This document shows positions 63,771 through 64,000 of a DNA stretch of 64,000 bases, in pieces. The notes beneath the pieces are model-generated. The model saw only the letters and a list, made by a program, of their open reading frames with translations. It did not search any database and was not told the DNA's origin. Made by a program: the position numbers and the translations under genes. The stretch covers positions 1 to 64,000 of the IMG/VR virus record IMGVR_UViG_3300032268_001296. One strand, written 5' to 3'. This stretch comes from a virus. Numbering within the stretch: position 1 is the first letter of the stretch; each line of letters opens with the position of its first letter.

Positions 63771-64000
63771 CACAATTATCGCAATCGGTCATCTTGTTAA
63801 AGATCCAGAAACTCGCGTCACGAATACTGGAAAGTCTATTTGCACTTTCCGAATTTGTATCTCTGAAAGTAACGCAAAGAATAAGTGTTTTATTGATGTG
63901 GAAACTTGGGAGAAGACTGCTGAAGTTTGCCAAAAGTATTTGGTAAAGGGTCGTGAAGCAATGGTGGAAGGAGAACTTTCCATGTCTAGTTGGACTGGAA
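63763..64000 (+). CDS. ssb: single-stranded DNA-binding protein (runs off the window)
   Basis: Translated by hand: MYNTIIAIGHLVKDPETR...FIDVETWEKTAE...YLVKGR..VEGEL. Confidence 0.88.
   Translation, partial: MYNTIIAIGHLVKDPETRVTNTGKSICTFRICISESNAKNKCFIDVETWEKTAEVCQKYLVKGREAMVEGELSMSSWTG

Noticed and set aside
1-64000. Stop-codon reassignment
   Set aside because: Long conserved genes are intact in the standard code and no tRNA with a CUA, UCA or UUA anticodon was found

Overview
A 64-kb segment of a large, AT-rich tailed dsDNA phage genome using the standard genetic code; no host core genes, rRNA or CRISPR array were seen. From left to right: (1) a P-loop kinase and a 2H-phosphoesterase-like gene, then rIIB/rIIA; (2) a lysis module with a CHAP endolysin and holin-like genes; (3) a translation-RNA island (about 7.8-15.3 kb, minus strand) with tmRNA, about 21 tRNAs including a group I intron-containing tRNA-Leu(UAA) and several non-canonical cloverleaves, several structured non-tRNA RNAs (four ending in a terminal helix plus NCCA), an inserted HNH nuclease and an rrn-like promoter/boxA leader; (4) spanin-like overlapping genes, an HNH nuclease, a Mom-like DNA modifier and a sulfotransferase; (5) a lambda-like tail tip cassette (gpL with a large insertion, gpK, gpI, gpJ); (6) glycosyltransferases, a Whirly-like protein, a SET protein and fibre-like genes; (7) a ClpA-type ATPase and a replication block (three-gene DnaE/exonuclease, PD-(D/E)xK nuclease, primase, DnaB, RecA); (8) a nucleotide-sugar island (gmd, RmlC-like, methyltransferase, epimerase, split transketolase, glycosyltransferases); (9) nrdA and nrdB separated by a GIY-YIG gene; and (10) after a strand switch, dUTPase, dNMP kinase, a phage sigma factor and SSB. 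A GTGTAA hexamer sits about 8 nt upstream of many start codons, suggesting a phage-specific promoter making leaderless mRNAs. All calls come from reading motifs and base-pairing by eye; no database search or folding program was run, and RNA ends may be off by a few nucleotides.
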